Notes under the pieces: generated by a model | Databases searched by the model: none | What the model was told of the DNA's origin: nothing | Seen by the model: the letters and a program-made list of their open reading frames with translations, nothing else | Shown: piece after piece, positions 1-9,566 of the stretch | How positions within the stretch are numbered: the stretch's first letter is position 1 | Layout of the letters: each line of letters begins with the position of its first letter | Assembly (NCBI GenBank): GCA_041671365.1 | Contig: JBAZBP010000003.1 | Coordinates: forward strand, 34,017-98,016 | Origin: Patescibacteria group bacterium | GTDB lineage: Bacteria > Patescibacteriota > Patescibacteriia > Patescibacteriales > UBA12465 | Length of the DNA stretch: 64,000 nucleotides | Direction: 5' to 3' | Program-made: the position numbers and the translations under genes

Positions 1-1
1 T

Positions 2-256
2 ATAAATATTAATGAAGAAATAAAGCCGCACGCCGTCTACACAACCGGCGAGACGGAAAAGATTTTGAAGATCAGTAATAGCACTCTGAAACGTCTTTTA
101 AAGAAAGGCTTATTAAAGGCGAATAAGGTTGGAAAACAGTATCGTATTCTCGGGTTAGAGATTTTAAAACTAGTGTCTCCGGCAGTCGAACAGAAAGCTG
201 TGGAAGCTTATCTGGATTTAAAAAAGAAGGTGATAGACAAGACCAGCGACTGGTAA
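2..256 (+). CDS. Excisionase/MerR-type helix-turn-helix DNA-binding protein (5' end probably outside window)
   Basis: The ORF-track entry 65..256 begins at TTG, but the same frame stays open back to nt 2, so the true start is probably upstream of the window. Residues TGETEKILKISNSTLKRLLKKGLLKANKVGKQYRI fit the short excisionase-family HTH pattern. Confidence 0.5.
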   Translation: MNINEEIKPHAVYTTGETEKILKISNSTLKRLLKKGLLKANKVGKQYRILGLEILKLVSPAVEQKAVEAYLDLKKKVIDKTSDW

Positions 257-272
257 TAAGGTTGGTTGGTTT

Positions 273-1586
273 TTGGTAATTATTAATATTTTGATATTCA
301 TGTTGGATAAATTTTTTAAATTTATTGAGAAATTAGTACCGGAGAAATACCGTTGGATTTTAAGTCATGGCGGTTTTAAACGCTATCTGGCCAATACCGG
401 TTGGATGTTTTTTGGACAGATGTTTTCACTCCTCGTGTCTTTTTTTATCGGCGCTTGGCTGGCGCGTTATTTAGGGCCGGAGAATTACGGGGTTTTGAGT
501 TATGCCATAGCTTTTGTCGGACTTTTTATTTTTATATCTTCGCTGGGCATAGACGGAATACTTAGCAGAGAATTAGTGAGATTTCCCGAAAAAAGGGACG
601 AGTTGCTAGGAACGGCCTTTCGTTTAAAATTAATTGGTAGTTTAATTGCCTTTTTTTTAGTTGTAATAAGTGCGTTATTATTTCAAGCTAGCCCGCTAAT
701 TAAATTACTGATAATCTTATTTTCTTTCTCTTTTATTTTGCAGACAATAAATGTTATTAGTACTTATTTTCAGGCCGAGGTTAAGTCAAAAAATAACGTT
801 AAAGCCTTGCTATTTGCGACTATAATTTCTTCTGTTTTGAAAGTCGCGGTTATTTTATTGGATAAAGGAGTAATTTGGATTACGATTGTTTATGTTTTAG
901 ATTCTTTGTGGCAGGGCATTGGTTTTGTTATAGCCTATAAGCGGGGTGGTCTAAAAATACAAAATTGGTGTTTTAATAAAAATTTAGCGCGGGAAATATT
1001 AAAAAGTTCTTGGCCATTAATGCTCGCCTCGGCGGCTGGATATATTTATTTAAAAATTGATCAGGTGATGATTGGCGCTTTACTCGGTAATCGCGAGGTT
1101 GGGCTTTACGCCGCGGCGGTGAAGCTTGTCGAAGTTTGGTATTTTATTCCGAGCATTATTTGTGGATCGTTATTTCCAGCAATTATAAACGCTAAAAAAA
1201 CTGATTCAAAAATGTATGGCCGCCGCCTAAAAAATCTTTATATTTTAATGGTAATAATTTCAATCATAATAGCAATTCCGATGACACTGTTAGCTAAACC
1301 GATAATTTATATTTTATTTGGTTCTGGTTATTTAGAGTCGATTAATATTTTAAGAATTTATATTTGGTCAAGCTTAGGTTTATTTTTGGGAACGGCCACT
1401 TATCAGTATTTGATGTCGGAAAATTTAGTAAAAACTATTTTTTGGTTAAATTTTTTAGCAATGATAGTTAATGTTGTTTTAAATCTAATATTTATTCCGA
1501 CCTTGGGGTTATCGGGAGCTGCGTGGGCGACACTGATTTCATGTTTAGTGGTGCCGGCAGGGACGTGGATAGTGAAAAAAAATTAG
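273..1586 (+). CDS. Wzx/MOP-family polysaccharide (oligosaccharide) flippase
   Basis: 437-aa polytopic membrane protein with many hydrophobic helices along its whole length. It sits at the head of a glycosyltransferase cluster. The track start is TTG 273 and the first ATG is at 300, so the exact start is uncertain. Confidence 0.7.
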   Translation: MVIINILIFMLDKFFKFIEKLVPEKYRWILSHGGFKRYLANTGWMFFGQMFSLLVSFFIGAWLARYLGPENYGVLSYAIAFVGLFIFISSLGIDGILSRELVRFPEKRDELLGTAFRLKLIGSLIAFFLVVISALLFQASPLIKLLIILFSFSFILQTINVISTYFQAEVKSKNNVKALLFATIISSVLKVAVILLDKGVIWITIVYVLDSLWQGIGFVIAYKRGGLKIQNWCFNKNLAREILKSSWPLMLASAAGYIYLKIDQVMIGALLGNREVGLYAAAVKLVEVWYFIPSIICGSLFPAIINAKKTDSKMYGRRLKNLYILMVIISIIIAIPMTLLAKPIIYILFGSGYLESINILRIYIWSSLGLFLGTATYQYLMSENLVKTIFWLNFLAMIVNVVLNLIFIPTLGLSGAAWATLISCLVVPAGTWIVKKN

Positions 1587-1645
1587 ATTTAATTTATTTG
1601 TTTATAGAAATAGATTTTCCTTAATTAATAAATTTATTAACCACC

Positions 1646-2272
1646 ATGTTTAAAGAAAAAATACAAAAGTTGATTAGTTTAAGTGGCTATGAGCTAAAAA
1701 AAATTCATCCAGATTTAAGTTCGGCGCAAGAAAATAATTTTGAAGTCCCTTATGACAAAATTCATTATGGCGCTGGACTTAGTTTGTTAAAAGGTTGGGT
1801 TAATGCAGACTTTTTTGTCTACTGGGATGATAATAATTTTCCCGATCAAATTAAAATAGATTTATCAAAAAGACATCCATTTGCCGATGCTACTTTTAAT
1901 TTTGGTTATTCGCAAGATTTTTTGGAACATTTGACACAGGCCGATCAAATTATTTTTCTGGAAGAAGTATTTCGTACCTTTAAACCCGGCGGAGTATTAA
2001 GACTGTCATTCCCCGGACTGGAAGGTTCTCTAAAAAAATATTTTAGCGACAAGAATTATTCGGGTTGTGTGGCCGGAAAAAGGGCAGCCTTTACCGATCA
2101 TCTTCATTTCCATTTGCCCAGTTTCGAAGAGTTAGTGTTTATTTGTCGATATTTAGGCTTTTCCGAAATAAAAAAAGTTAATTACGGCCATTCGATTCAT
2201 TCGGAGTTGTGTAATCTGGACACGAGAGAAGGACAAGTTGAATTAAATACTTTCGTCGAGATCATAAAATGA
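1646..2272 (+). CDS. Class I SAM-dependent methyltransferase (Methyltransf_11-like)
   Basis: 208 aa. The motif FKPGGVLRLSFP after a DFLEH segment is typical of the post-I/II region of small SAM methyltransferases. The stop overlaps the next start (ATGA). Confidence 0.55.
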   Translation: MFKEKIQKLISLSGYELKKIHPDLSSAQENNFEVPYDKIHYGAGLSLLKGWVNADFFVYWDDNNFPDQIKIDLSKRHPFADATFNFGYSQDFLEHLTQADQIIFLEEVFRTFKPGGVLRLSFPGLEGSLKKYFSDKNYSGCVAGKRAAFTDHLHFHLPSFEELVFICRYLGFSEIKKVNYGHSIHSELCNLDTREGQVELNTFVEIIK

Positions 2273-3240
2273 TTAATTTTCAAACTCCAATTTTATTTTT
2301 AATTTATAATCGCTTGGAAACCACCCAGCGAGTTTTTGAGGCTATTCGTCGGGCGCAGCCAAAACAGCTATTTGTTGCGGCCGACGGTCCGCGCTTAGAC
2401 AGAGAAGGGGATAAGGAGAAGTGCGGAGCAACAAGAAGAATTATTGAACAAATTGATTGGGACTGCGAAGTAAAGACTTTATTTAGAGAAGAAAATCTTG
2501 GTTGTAAAACAGGAGTAAGTTCCGCCATTAATTGGTTTTTTGAAAATGTAGAAGAAGGAATTATTTTGGAGGACGACTGTTTACCGATTGATAGTTTTTT
2601 CCCTTTTTGCCAGTTGATGTTGGAAAAATATAGAAACAATAGCAGTATTGGCATGATAGCGGGAACTAATTATTTATTCAGTTATAATGATTTTCAATAT
2701 TCTTATTATCTTTCTAAGCATTGTTACGTTTGGGGTTGGGCGACCTGGAAAAGGGCTTGGAGTTTATATGATTTATCTATCTCTCATTTTCCCGAAAACC
2801 TATTTTTACGAAATTATTTACAGGATAGCTTATCAAGCAATTATTATTTAGATCAGTTTGATTATTTTAAATTTAATAAAATTGATACCTGGGATATCCA
2901 GTGGAGCGCGACTCTGATGAAAAATAAGTTATATTCTATTGTTCCCGTGAATAATCAGATTTCAAATATAGGTCTTGCCGGCACTCACACCGAGAAAAAA
3001 GTTTCTTTATCAATAAATATGCCAAGTAAAGCTATGGATATAGACGAAATTAAACACCCCCCTACAGTAGTATATGATAATGTTTTAGATTTAGTTTCTA
3101 TGAAAAATATTGTCTATAAAGTTATTAAAACTCCAGTTTTAAAAACTTTGTTGATAAAAATAATAAATAGAAAAAATATCAATTTTCTTAAAAAAATATG
3201 GCCTTTTAAATTATATTACTATGTCGGGAGTAAAAAATAA
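2269..3240 (+). CDS. GT-A fold nucleotide-diphospho-sugar glycosyltransferase (GNT-I-like)
   Basis: The N-terminus PILFLIYNRLETTQRVFEAI...LFVAADGPR followed by an ILEDDCLP acidic motif (DXD-like) resembles GT-A transferases. There is a 4-nt overlap with the upstream gene. Confidence 0.5.
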   Translation: MINFQTPILFLIYNRLETTQRVFEAIRRAQPKQLFVAADGPRLDREGDKEKCGATRRIIEQIDWDCEVKTLFREENLGCKTGVSSAINWFFENVEEGIILEDDCLPIDSFFPFCQLMLEKYRNNSSIGMIAGTNYLFSYNDFQYSYYLSKHCYVWGWATWKRAWSLYDLSISHFPENLFLRNYLQDSLSSNYYLDQFDYFKFNKIDTWDIQWSATLMKNKLYSIVPVNNQISNIGLAGTHTEKKVSLSINMPSKAMDIDEIKHPPTVVYDNVLDLVSMKNIVYKVIKTPVLKTLLIKIINRKNINFLKKIWPFKLYYYVGSKK

Positions 3241-4405
3241 ATTAAAAAAAATATTGTCTGTTTTTGGGTTAAAAATAACTAAAGATTTTAAAATAATTCC
3301 GTTGTTGAGGCTCAATGTTTTTAATACAAATTGTTTAAAAAAAGTCTTGATTTCATATATAACCGAGCCGTTTTTTAAAAAAAATGATTTTTCCCATACA
3401 AATCTGCAGGAATGCCACGCCGCAGCTGAAATATTCAAAGAGCAGGGTTATAATGTTGATGTCGTTGATCATTTTGCCGATATTACAATCGATTATAGTC
3501 AATACGAAATTGTTTATGGAATGGGTAAAGTATTGGAAAAATCTTTTCATTATAATAATGTGGCAATAAAACGAATTTTTTATGCTACCGGATGCAGTCC
3601 GATTTATTCAAACGAAAGGACACTTGTTCGAGTACGTAATTTTTATGATTTGCATGAAGTTAACTTGCTTTCCTCCTCGAGATTCGTAGCAGACAGTTTT
3701 TATTTACAAACATTTTTATCAAACGGAGTTATAGTTCTCGGTAATGACTTAGTTTTAAATACTTATAAAAATTATGATAAGCAGGGGGCAGATAGATATA
3801 AAAATTTGTCGGCATTTTTTTACGACGTTTACGATATAGATCTTGCGGAAAAGGACTTTTCTAAGGCCAGAAAACATTTTTTATGGTTTGGCAGCTCGGG
3901 ACTTCTTCATAAGGGATTGGACTTGCTTTTAGACATTTTTTCTGAACGTCCGGATATTTGTTTGCATATTTGCGGGGCGGCAAAAAACGAAAAAGAGTTT
4001 TTTGATTGTTATAAATCGACGTTATCAAAATCCAATAATATAATTAATCACGGATTTGTTGATATTAGGTCAGATGAATTTAAAAAATTAATGGATCAAT
4101 GTGCGTTTGTTTTGTCTCCGTCGGTTAGTGAGGGTGGATCGCCAGCAGTTCTAAATACAATTGCCAATGGTGGTTTAATTCCGATTATTACCAGGGCCTC
4201 TGGTTTAGACATTAATAATTTTGGTGTTATCATAGAAGAGCCTGAGTTTGAGTCTGTTAGAATTGCGATTGATAAGGCGCTATTATTAGATAATGATCAG
4301 TTACTAAATATGGCAATAACCGCCAAAAATAATATTAGAACCGAGTATACTTATGAAAAATACAAAGAGAGTCTTAAAAATTTAATTAAAAATATTATTA
4401 ATTAA
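3221..4405 (+). CDS. Glycosyltransferase family 1 (GT4-like, GT-B fold)
   Basis: The C-terminal half contains SPSVSEGGSPAVLNTIANGGLIPIITRASG, which matches the E-x7-E / nucleotide-sugar binding region of GT-B enzymes. It overlaps the upstream gene by 20 nt. Confidence 0.6.
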   Translation: MSGVKNKLKKILSVFGLKITKDFKIIPLLRLNVFNTNCLKKVLISYITEPFFKKNDFSHTNLQECHAAAEIFKEQGYNVDVVDHFADITIDYSQYEIVYGMGKVLEKSFHYNNVAIKRIFYATGCSPIYSNERTLVRVRNFYDLHEVNLLSSSRFVADSFYLQTFLSNGVIVLGNDLVLNTYKNYDKQGADRYKNLSAFFYDVYDIDLAEKDFSKARKHFLWFGSSGLLHKGLDLLLDIFSERPDICLHICGAAKNEKEFFDCYKSTLSKSNNIINHGFVDIRSDEFKKLMDQCAFVLSPSVSEGGSPAVLNTIANGGLIPIITRASGLDINNFGVIIEEPEFESVRIAIDKALLLDNDQLLNMAITAKNNIRTEYTYEKYKESLKNLIKNIIN

Positions 4406-4414
4406 AAACCAGAT

Positions 4415-5191
4415 ATGCTTTGTAAAATTTGCCGAAGCGAAACAAAAAATTTTTTTACCGCTAAAATTTTAAATAAATATGATGTTCATTATTTTAATTG
4501 CGATAATTGTGGATTTATTTGTACAGAAGAGCCGTATTGGTTGGAGGAAGCTTACTCTTCTCCAATAAATATTTCGGATACCGGAGTAATGAAGAGAAAT
4601 ATATTTTTTTCGGCCGTAACTCTTAATATTATTTATTATTTTTTTAATAGTAATAATATTTTTTTAGACTATGCCGGCGGATATGGTATTTTCGTGCGAC
4701 TAATGCGCGATATCGGGCTCGATTTCAGATGGCAAGATAATTATTCCCAAAATTTGCTGGCCAGAGGATTTGAGTATTGTGATAACGACAGAAAGACAGA
4801 GCTTGTTACGGCTTTTGAAGTTTTTGAACATTTTGTGAATCCAATAGAGGAGATAGAAAAAATTTTGAAAATATCGGAAAACATTCTATTCTCAACCACG
4901 CTTTTGCCAGAGAAAATACCTCAGCCGGGAGATTGGTGGTACTATGGCTTTGACCACGGACAACATCTTTCATTTTATTCAAAAAAAACTTTTGAGTTTA
5001 TTGCTCAAAAATATGGACTAAATTATTATACGGATGGACGCTCCATACATTTGTTGACAGTTAAAAAAATTAATTATTTTATTTTTAAAATTTTATTAAG
5101 TCGCAAAAAAAGTATATTGGCCTGGGTTTGGGCCAAAATACATTTTCATAGTAAGACCTGGTCGGACCATTTATTGCTCGATAAAAAATAA
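4415..5191 (+). CDS. SAM-dependent methyltransferase with N-terminal CxxC...CxxC zinc ribbon
   Basis: CKICRSE...CDNCGF forms a zinc-ribbon motif. It is followed by LDYAGGYGIF (a glycine-rich SAM motif I) and AFEVFEHF (motif IV-like). Confidence 0.55.
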   Translation: MLCKICRSETKNFFTAKILNKYDVHYFNCDNCGFICTEEPYWLEEAYSSPINISDTGVMKRNIFFSAVTLNIIYYFFNSNNIFLDYAGGYGIFVRLMRDIGLDFRWQDNYSQNLLARGFEYCDNDRKTELVTAFEVFEHFVNPIEEIEKILKISENILFSTTLLPEKIPQPGDWWYYGFDHGQHLSFYSKKTFEFIAQKYGLNYYTDGRSIHLLTVKKINYFIFKILLSRKKSILAWVWAKIHFHSKTWSDHLLLDKK

Positions 5192-5200
5192 TTTAAGTTA

Positions 5201-6352
5201 ATGTTTAAAAAAAAGGCGGAAAAAATACTAAAAATTTATTTAATTAGGTTAATATACGTATTGGCAAACATTAGGTTCGGTTTTAGAAGGTGGGGCAAGG
5301 TCAGCGGAAAATCCTTATTAATTGTTAAGCTTGATGCTATCGGTGATTATGTTTTATTTCGGAATTTTTTGGAAGAAATTAAAAAGAGCGCATTTTATAA
5401 AGATTATAGTATAACATTTCTAGGAAATAATTCAGTTAGAGATTTGGCGGAAACTTTAGATAAAGACTTCGTGGATAAATTTATTTGGATTGATAAAAAA
5501 CATATTTTAAAGAGGCCCTTGGTTTTCTTTAACTTAATTAACCTTATTTATAAAAAATTCAGCGTTGTTATTCAGCCTACTTTTTCTCGCGAATTAATCG
5601 GAGATTTATTGGTTAGGTTGTCAGGCGCGAGCATCAGGATCGGCATTAATGGGGATACTAATAATATTTTGTCGCAAGAAAAAAAAGTAAGCGATAAATG
5701 GTATACGCAATTGATCGATATTAAATCAGAAATTAATTTTGAATTTTATAAAAATCGGGACTTTTTTAGTCAAATTTTAAAAAGGGGCTTGCTTATCAAG
5801 CAGCCGGTTATTAAAAGTATAAATATTTCTAGCACCATCCGATTACCCGATCATTTTGTTGTATTATATCCGGGAGCGCAACAGGACTTCAGAAAATGGC
5901 CGGCCGACAACTTTAGATTGATTGCCGGATATTTAATTGAAAAATATAATATTGATGTCGTTATTTGCGGCTCTAGCTCGGATAATGACTCGGGACGGAT
6001 AATTAATTCCGGTAGTAGTAAAAGAATTTTCGATCTAACAGGGAAGACTAACTTGATTCAACTGATTTATATTATTTCCCGAGCGAAATTAATAATTTCT
6101 AATGATACCAGCGGTGCCCATATTGGCGCTGCTTTGGATATCCCAACAATAATTCTATCGCAATTTAATTATTATTCTCGTTTTGTTCCGTATCCTCCAG
6201 AAATTAGTGATAACTTGATTTGCTTATTGCCTCATATTGCTGATAATGTTTCAGAAAGCGAGTTAATAAATAAATTCAAACACGGTTCTAGTGTCGACAT
6301 TTCTTTAATTCCCGTTGATGAGGTTAAGCAAGCAATCAATAAATTTCTATGA
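5201..6352 (+). CDS. Glycosyltransferase family 9 (heptosyltransferase-like)
   Basis: LLIVKLDAIGDYVLFRNF near the N-terminus and LIISNDTSGAHIGAALDIPTI near the C-terminus are the two hallmark GT9 motifs. Confidence 0.7.
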   Translation: MFKKKAEKILKIYLIRLIYVLANIRFGFRRWGKVSGKSLLIVKLDAIGDYVLFRNFLEEIKKSAFYKDYSITFLGNNSVRDLAETLDKDFVDKFIWIDKKHILKRPLVFFNLINLIYKKFSVVIQPTFSRELIGDLLVRLSGASIRIGINGDTNNILSQEKKVSDKWYTQLIDIKSEINFEFYKNRDFFSQILKRGLLIKQPVIKSINISSTIRLPDHFVVLYPGAQQDFRKWPADNFRLIAGYLIEKYNIDVVICGSSSDNDSGRIINSGSSKRIFDLTGKTNLIQLIYIISRAKLIISNDTSGAHIGAALDIPTIILSQFNYYSRFVPYPPEISDNLICLLPHIADNVSESELINKFKHGSSVDISLIPVDEVKQAINKFL

Positions 6353-7125
6353 AAATTTCCGTTATTACAATTTCTTATAATTCCGCTAAAACTATCGCGC
6401 GGACGATTGAAAGTGTAATTTCTCAAAATTATTCGGATTTAGAGTATATTATAATTGATGGCGGTTCAACCGATGGAACCTTAGATATTATTAAAAAATA
6501 TGGATCTCGGATTACTCATATCGTGAGTGAGCCGGATAGCGGTATTAGCGACGCTTTTAATAAAGGTCTAAAACTGGCGAGCGGGGAAGTTACGGGAATA
6601 CTCAATAGCGACGACTGGTATGAGCCGGAAACCCTCAAGATTGTCGTGTCGAAGTTAGCTGATCCAACCGCCGATTTTATGGTCGGAGCTTTACGTTATT
6701 GGGATGAAAAAGGAAATAATTTTATAGTATATCCAGACAAGAATTATCAAAAAAGAATCAGTTATAAAATGCCCCATTTAAATCATCCCACCGTTTTTTT
6801 TAAAACCGAAGTTTATCGTTCGGTAGGATTGTTTAATCCGAAATATCATTATGCCATGGACTATGATTTTTTTCTGCGGGTTTTTTTAGCGGGGAAGAGG
6901 GTATTTTTTGTCGATTCGGTTTTAGCTAATATGAGTTTTTCCGGCGCTTCCGATAAGCACGCTATTCGAGCCTATCTTGAGAGTTTTAACATTGCTACTA
7001 ATAAATTTTTGGCGGGTATATACTTTATATATTCGGCCAGTAAATATTATTTGCGTCAATTATTAATTTTATTTAAGTTGGATCATTTTTTACTTTCGAT
7101 AAGACGTTCCAAATATAAGAATTAA
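6349..7125 (+). CDS. Glycosyltransferase family 2
   Basis: MKISVITISYNSAKTIARTIESVISQNYSDLEYIIIDGGSTDGT and a downstream NSDD motif are classic GT2 features. There is a 4-nt overlap with the upstream gene. Confidence 0.85.
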   Translation: MKISVITISYNSAKTIARTIESVISQNYSDLEYIIIDGGSTDGTLDIIKKYGSRITHIVSEPDSGISDAFNKGLKLASGEVTGILNSDDWYEPETLKIVVSKLADPTADFMVGALRYWDEKGNNFIVYPDKNYQKRISYKMPHLNHPTVFFKTEVYRSVGLFNPKYHYAMDYDFFLRVFLAGKRVFFVDSVLANMSFSGASDKHAIRAYLESFNIATNKFLAGIYFIYSASKYYLRQLLILFKLDHFLLSIRRSKYKN

Positions 7126-7137
7126 TCGAAAATAGTT

Positions 7138-8229
7138 ATGAAAATAGGCATTAATTTAATCCAATATACCGATGTGCAGGGAATAGAAATATTTGCCCGA
7201 AATTTATTAGTTAGCCTGATTAAGCAGGCGCCTGATGACGAATTTATTTTTTTTGTTAATCAAGAGTCGGCTAAGATTTTTTATTTTGAGACGGGGAATG
7301 TTAAGACCGTTATTAAAAAATTTAAAAAATTATCGCGGATCAATCTTATCGCCTATCAGCAGTTCGGTCTTATCAGAGAATTGAACAAAGAAAATATTGA
7401 TCTGCTTTATTGCCCCTCAATCGCCGCCCCGATTTTTTATAAGAAAAAAATCGTTACTATTCATGACTGCGCGAGCCTGCGCTTTTTGGAAGAGTCCGGA
7501 TTTTTTTCCAGAATTTACTTAAGATTATCTTTTTGGTCGGCTAAATATTATTCGTTTCTGGTCGTGACAGTTTCAAATTTTTCTCGGCGGGAAATAAAGG
7601 ATCTACTCCATATTCCGGAGAAGAGAATAATCGTCATTTCCGAGGGTGTGCCAGTTTTACCGGCTGTTGGCGACTCGACGGTAAATTCCTTAATAACTAA
7701 GTTCGGGCTGGACGGCCGGCCTTATTTTTTCTATATTAGTAATTTGCGGCCGCGGAAGAATGTTCTTCGACTTTTGGAAGCTTGGGCTGATTTTTATTCG
7801 CGCCATCCCGAATATTTCTTAGTGATTGCCGGAAAGGATGAGCGCCGCCGTTTTAATAATAATCCTGCCCATCAGGTGTTTTTTTTAGGAATTATCAGCG
7901 AAGAAGAGAAGGTGGCTTTATATAAAAAATCTTTGGCCTTAGTTTTTCCTTCTTTATATGAAGGTTTTGGCTTACCTATTTTAGAGGCGCAAAGTTTAGG
8001 CGTCCCGGTTTTAGCGTCTAGTACTAGTTCTTTGCCGGAAATTGCCGGAGATAGCGCCTTATTTATAGATCCTAACGACACTAAAGCAATGGCCGCCGGC
8101 TTGGAGAGGATAATTAGTCCGCAATTTTTTAAGGATGATTTACTTAAAAAGGCTTATAAAAATTTAGAACGATTTTCTTGGGATAAGTCCGCTGATATTT
8201 TGCTGGAAGCTATTTGTAATTTTAAATAA
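7138..8229 (+). CDS. Glycosyltransferase family 1 (GT4)
   Basis: PSLYEGFGLPILEAQSLGVPVLASSTSSLPEIAGDSALFIDP is the canonical GT4 EX7E region. Confidence 0.85.
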   Translation: MKIGINLIQYTDVQGIEIFARNLLVSLIKQAPDDEFIFFVNQESAKIFYFETGNVKTVIKKFKKLSRINLIAYQQFGLIRELNKENIDLLYCPSIAAPIFYKKKIVTIHDCASLRFLEESGFFSRIYLRLSFWSAKYYSFLVVTVSNFSRREIKDLLHIPEKRIIVISEGVPVLPAVGDSTVNSLITKFGLDGRPYFFYISNLRPRKNVLRLLEAWADFYSRHPEYFLVIAGKDERRRFNNNPAHQVFFLGIISEEEKVALYKKSLALVFPSLYEGFGLPILEAQSLGVPVLASSTSSLPEIAGDSALFIDPNDTKAMAAGLERIISPQFFKDDLLKKAYKNLERFSWDKSADILLEAICNFK

Positions 8230-8234
8230 TTCCT

Positions 8235-9338
8235 ATGAAACTTCTGCAAACTAATAAACTATATCCTCCGCATTTAGGAGGAATTGAAAATGTAATTCGC
8301 GATATCGCCGAAAACTTAGCGGCTGATAATAATTTTCAGTCTGATGTTTTAGTCTGTCAGGAAAAAGGGAAGAGGACGGTTGAAAATATAAATAAGGTTA
8401 AGGTTTGTCGGACGGCTAGCTTTGGTCGTTTATTCAGTTTGCCGATTTCTTTTGATTATTTTCGTTTATTTAAAAAAGTGGTTAACGATTATGATTTATT
8501 ATTAATTCATCATCCATATCCGCTGGCTTCGCTCGCTCGCTTCTTATTTTTAAATAAAAAGAAGCCGGTAGCCGTTTGGTATCATAGCGATATAGTCCGT
8601 CAGAAGTTATTTTATTTATTAGTTTATCCTTTTTTATATTTAGATTTAAAAGCGGCTAAAATTATTTTTGTTTCTAGCCGGCGTTTGGCCGAGAAATCAA
8701 AATTACTAAGTAAGTTTTTAGATAAATGCCGAGTTATTCCTTTTGGAGTCGATCTTAATTTATATAAAGTTGATTATAGTTTGAAGGTTTCTGATCTTAA
8801 AAATAAATATGGCCGTTTTATGCTCGCGGTCGGACGCCTAGTTTATTATAAAGGCTATGAAGATTTATTAGAGGCCCTGAAGTTCGTTTCCGGAAAATTA
8901 CTAATAATCGGCACCGGACCACTGGAGGCTGAATTGCGAAGGATAATTAAAGTAAATAGTTTAGAAAGTAGAGTAATAATAATATCCGATCGGCCGGATA
9001 ATCTAGTTCCATATTATCAAGCTTGTGAATTTTTGGTCTTTCCTTCCCGTGCCCGGAGCGAAGCGTTCGGCTTAGTGCAAATTGAAGCTATGGCTTGCGG
9101 CCGGCCGGTTATAAATACTGATTTGCCGACGGGAGTGCCGGAAGTAAGCCTAGACGGTATAACTGGCCTGACTGTTCCGGTTGGTGATTGCGCAAAATTA
9201 TCCCAAGCGATTAAATCTTTGTGGGAAGACGATGAACTGCGCTTAAAGTTAGGGAAAGGTGCTTTAGAGAGGGCGCAGGATAAATATTCTAAAGAAAAAT
9301 TTGAGGTAGATTTAAAAAAGGTTTTATTAGAGATTTAA
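8235..9338 (+). CDS. Glycosyltransferase family 1 (GT4)
   Basis: The N-terminal PPHLGGIENV motif and the C-terminal PSRARSEAFGLVQIEAMACGRPVINTDLPTGVPEV region are GT4 hallmarks. Confidence 0.85.
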   Translation: MKLLQTNKLYPPHLGGIENVIRDIAENLAADNNFQSDVLVCQEKGKRTVENINKVKVCRTASFGRLFSLPISFDYFRLFKKVVNDYDLLLIHHPYPLASLARFLFLNKKKPVAVWYHSDIVRQKLFYLLVYPFLYLDLKAAKIIFVSSRRLAEKSKLLSKFLDKCRVIPFGVDLNLYKVDYSLKVSDLKNKYGRFMLAVGRLVYYKGYEDLLEALKFVSGKLLIIGTGPLEAELRRIIKVNSLESRVIIISDRPDNLVPYYQACEFLVFPSRARSEAFGLVQIEAMACGRPVINTDLPTGVPEVSLDGITGLTVPVGDCAKLSQAIKSLWEDDELRLKLGKGALERAQDKYSKEKFEVDLKKVLLEI

Positions 9339-9374
9339 TTTGCTGATAAATAAGCGCCATATTTAAACTAAATT

Positions 9375-9409
9375 AGAGCTCTTTGATAACTAATCAAGAG
9401 CTCTTTTTT
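9375..9409 (+). terminator. Rho-independent terminator closing the + strand glycosyltransferase operon
   Basis: AGAGCTCTTTGAT / ATCAAGAGCTCT stem (12 bp with one bulged T), a 5-nt loop, then a T6 run, 37 nt after the GT4 stop. Confidence 0.6.
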
Positions 9410-9566
9410 AGTTTAAGGCTTAACTTCGTTTAAAAAGTGCCAGCTAAGTTTTATAAATATTTTATCTATAATTTATTAATATTTTATCTAAGATTAGCGG
9501 TTATTAGGCTTGATTGAAGTTAGCGGAAGTGCTATTATAAATATGTAACTATTAGAGTTTAAATTT

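Noticed and set aside
2304-2654. Antisense or alternative-frame ORFs from the track lying wholly inside longer genes. Examples are 2304..2654(-), 10734..11000(+), 16752..17093(-), 33541..33840(+), 40054..40473(-), 48913..49386(-), 51877..52353(+) and 31964..32197(+).
   Set aside because: Each is fully embedded in a longer ORF on the other strand or frame that has clear family motifs. Their translations are low-complexity (Ser/Pro/Arg/Lys/Ile-rich) with no recognisable motif. They look like shadow ORFs typical of compositionally biased coding DNA.
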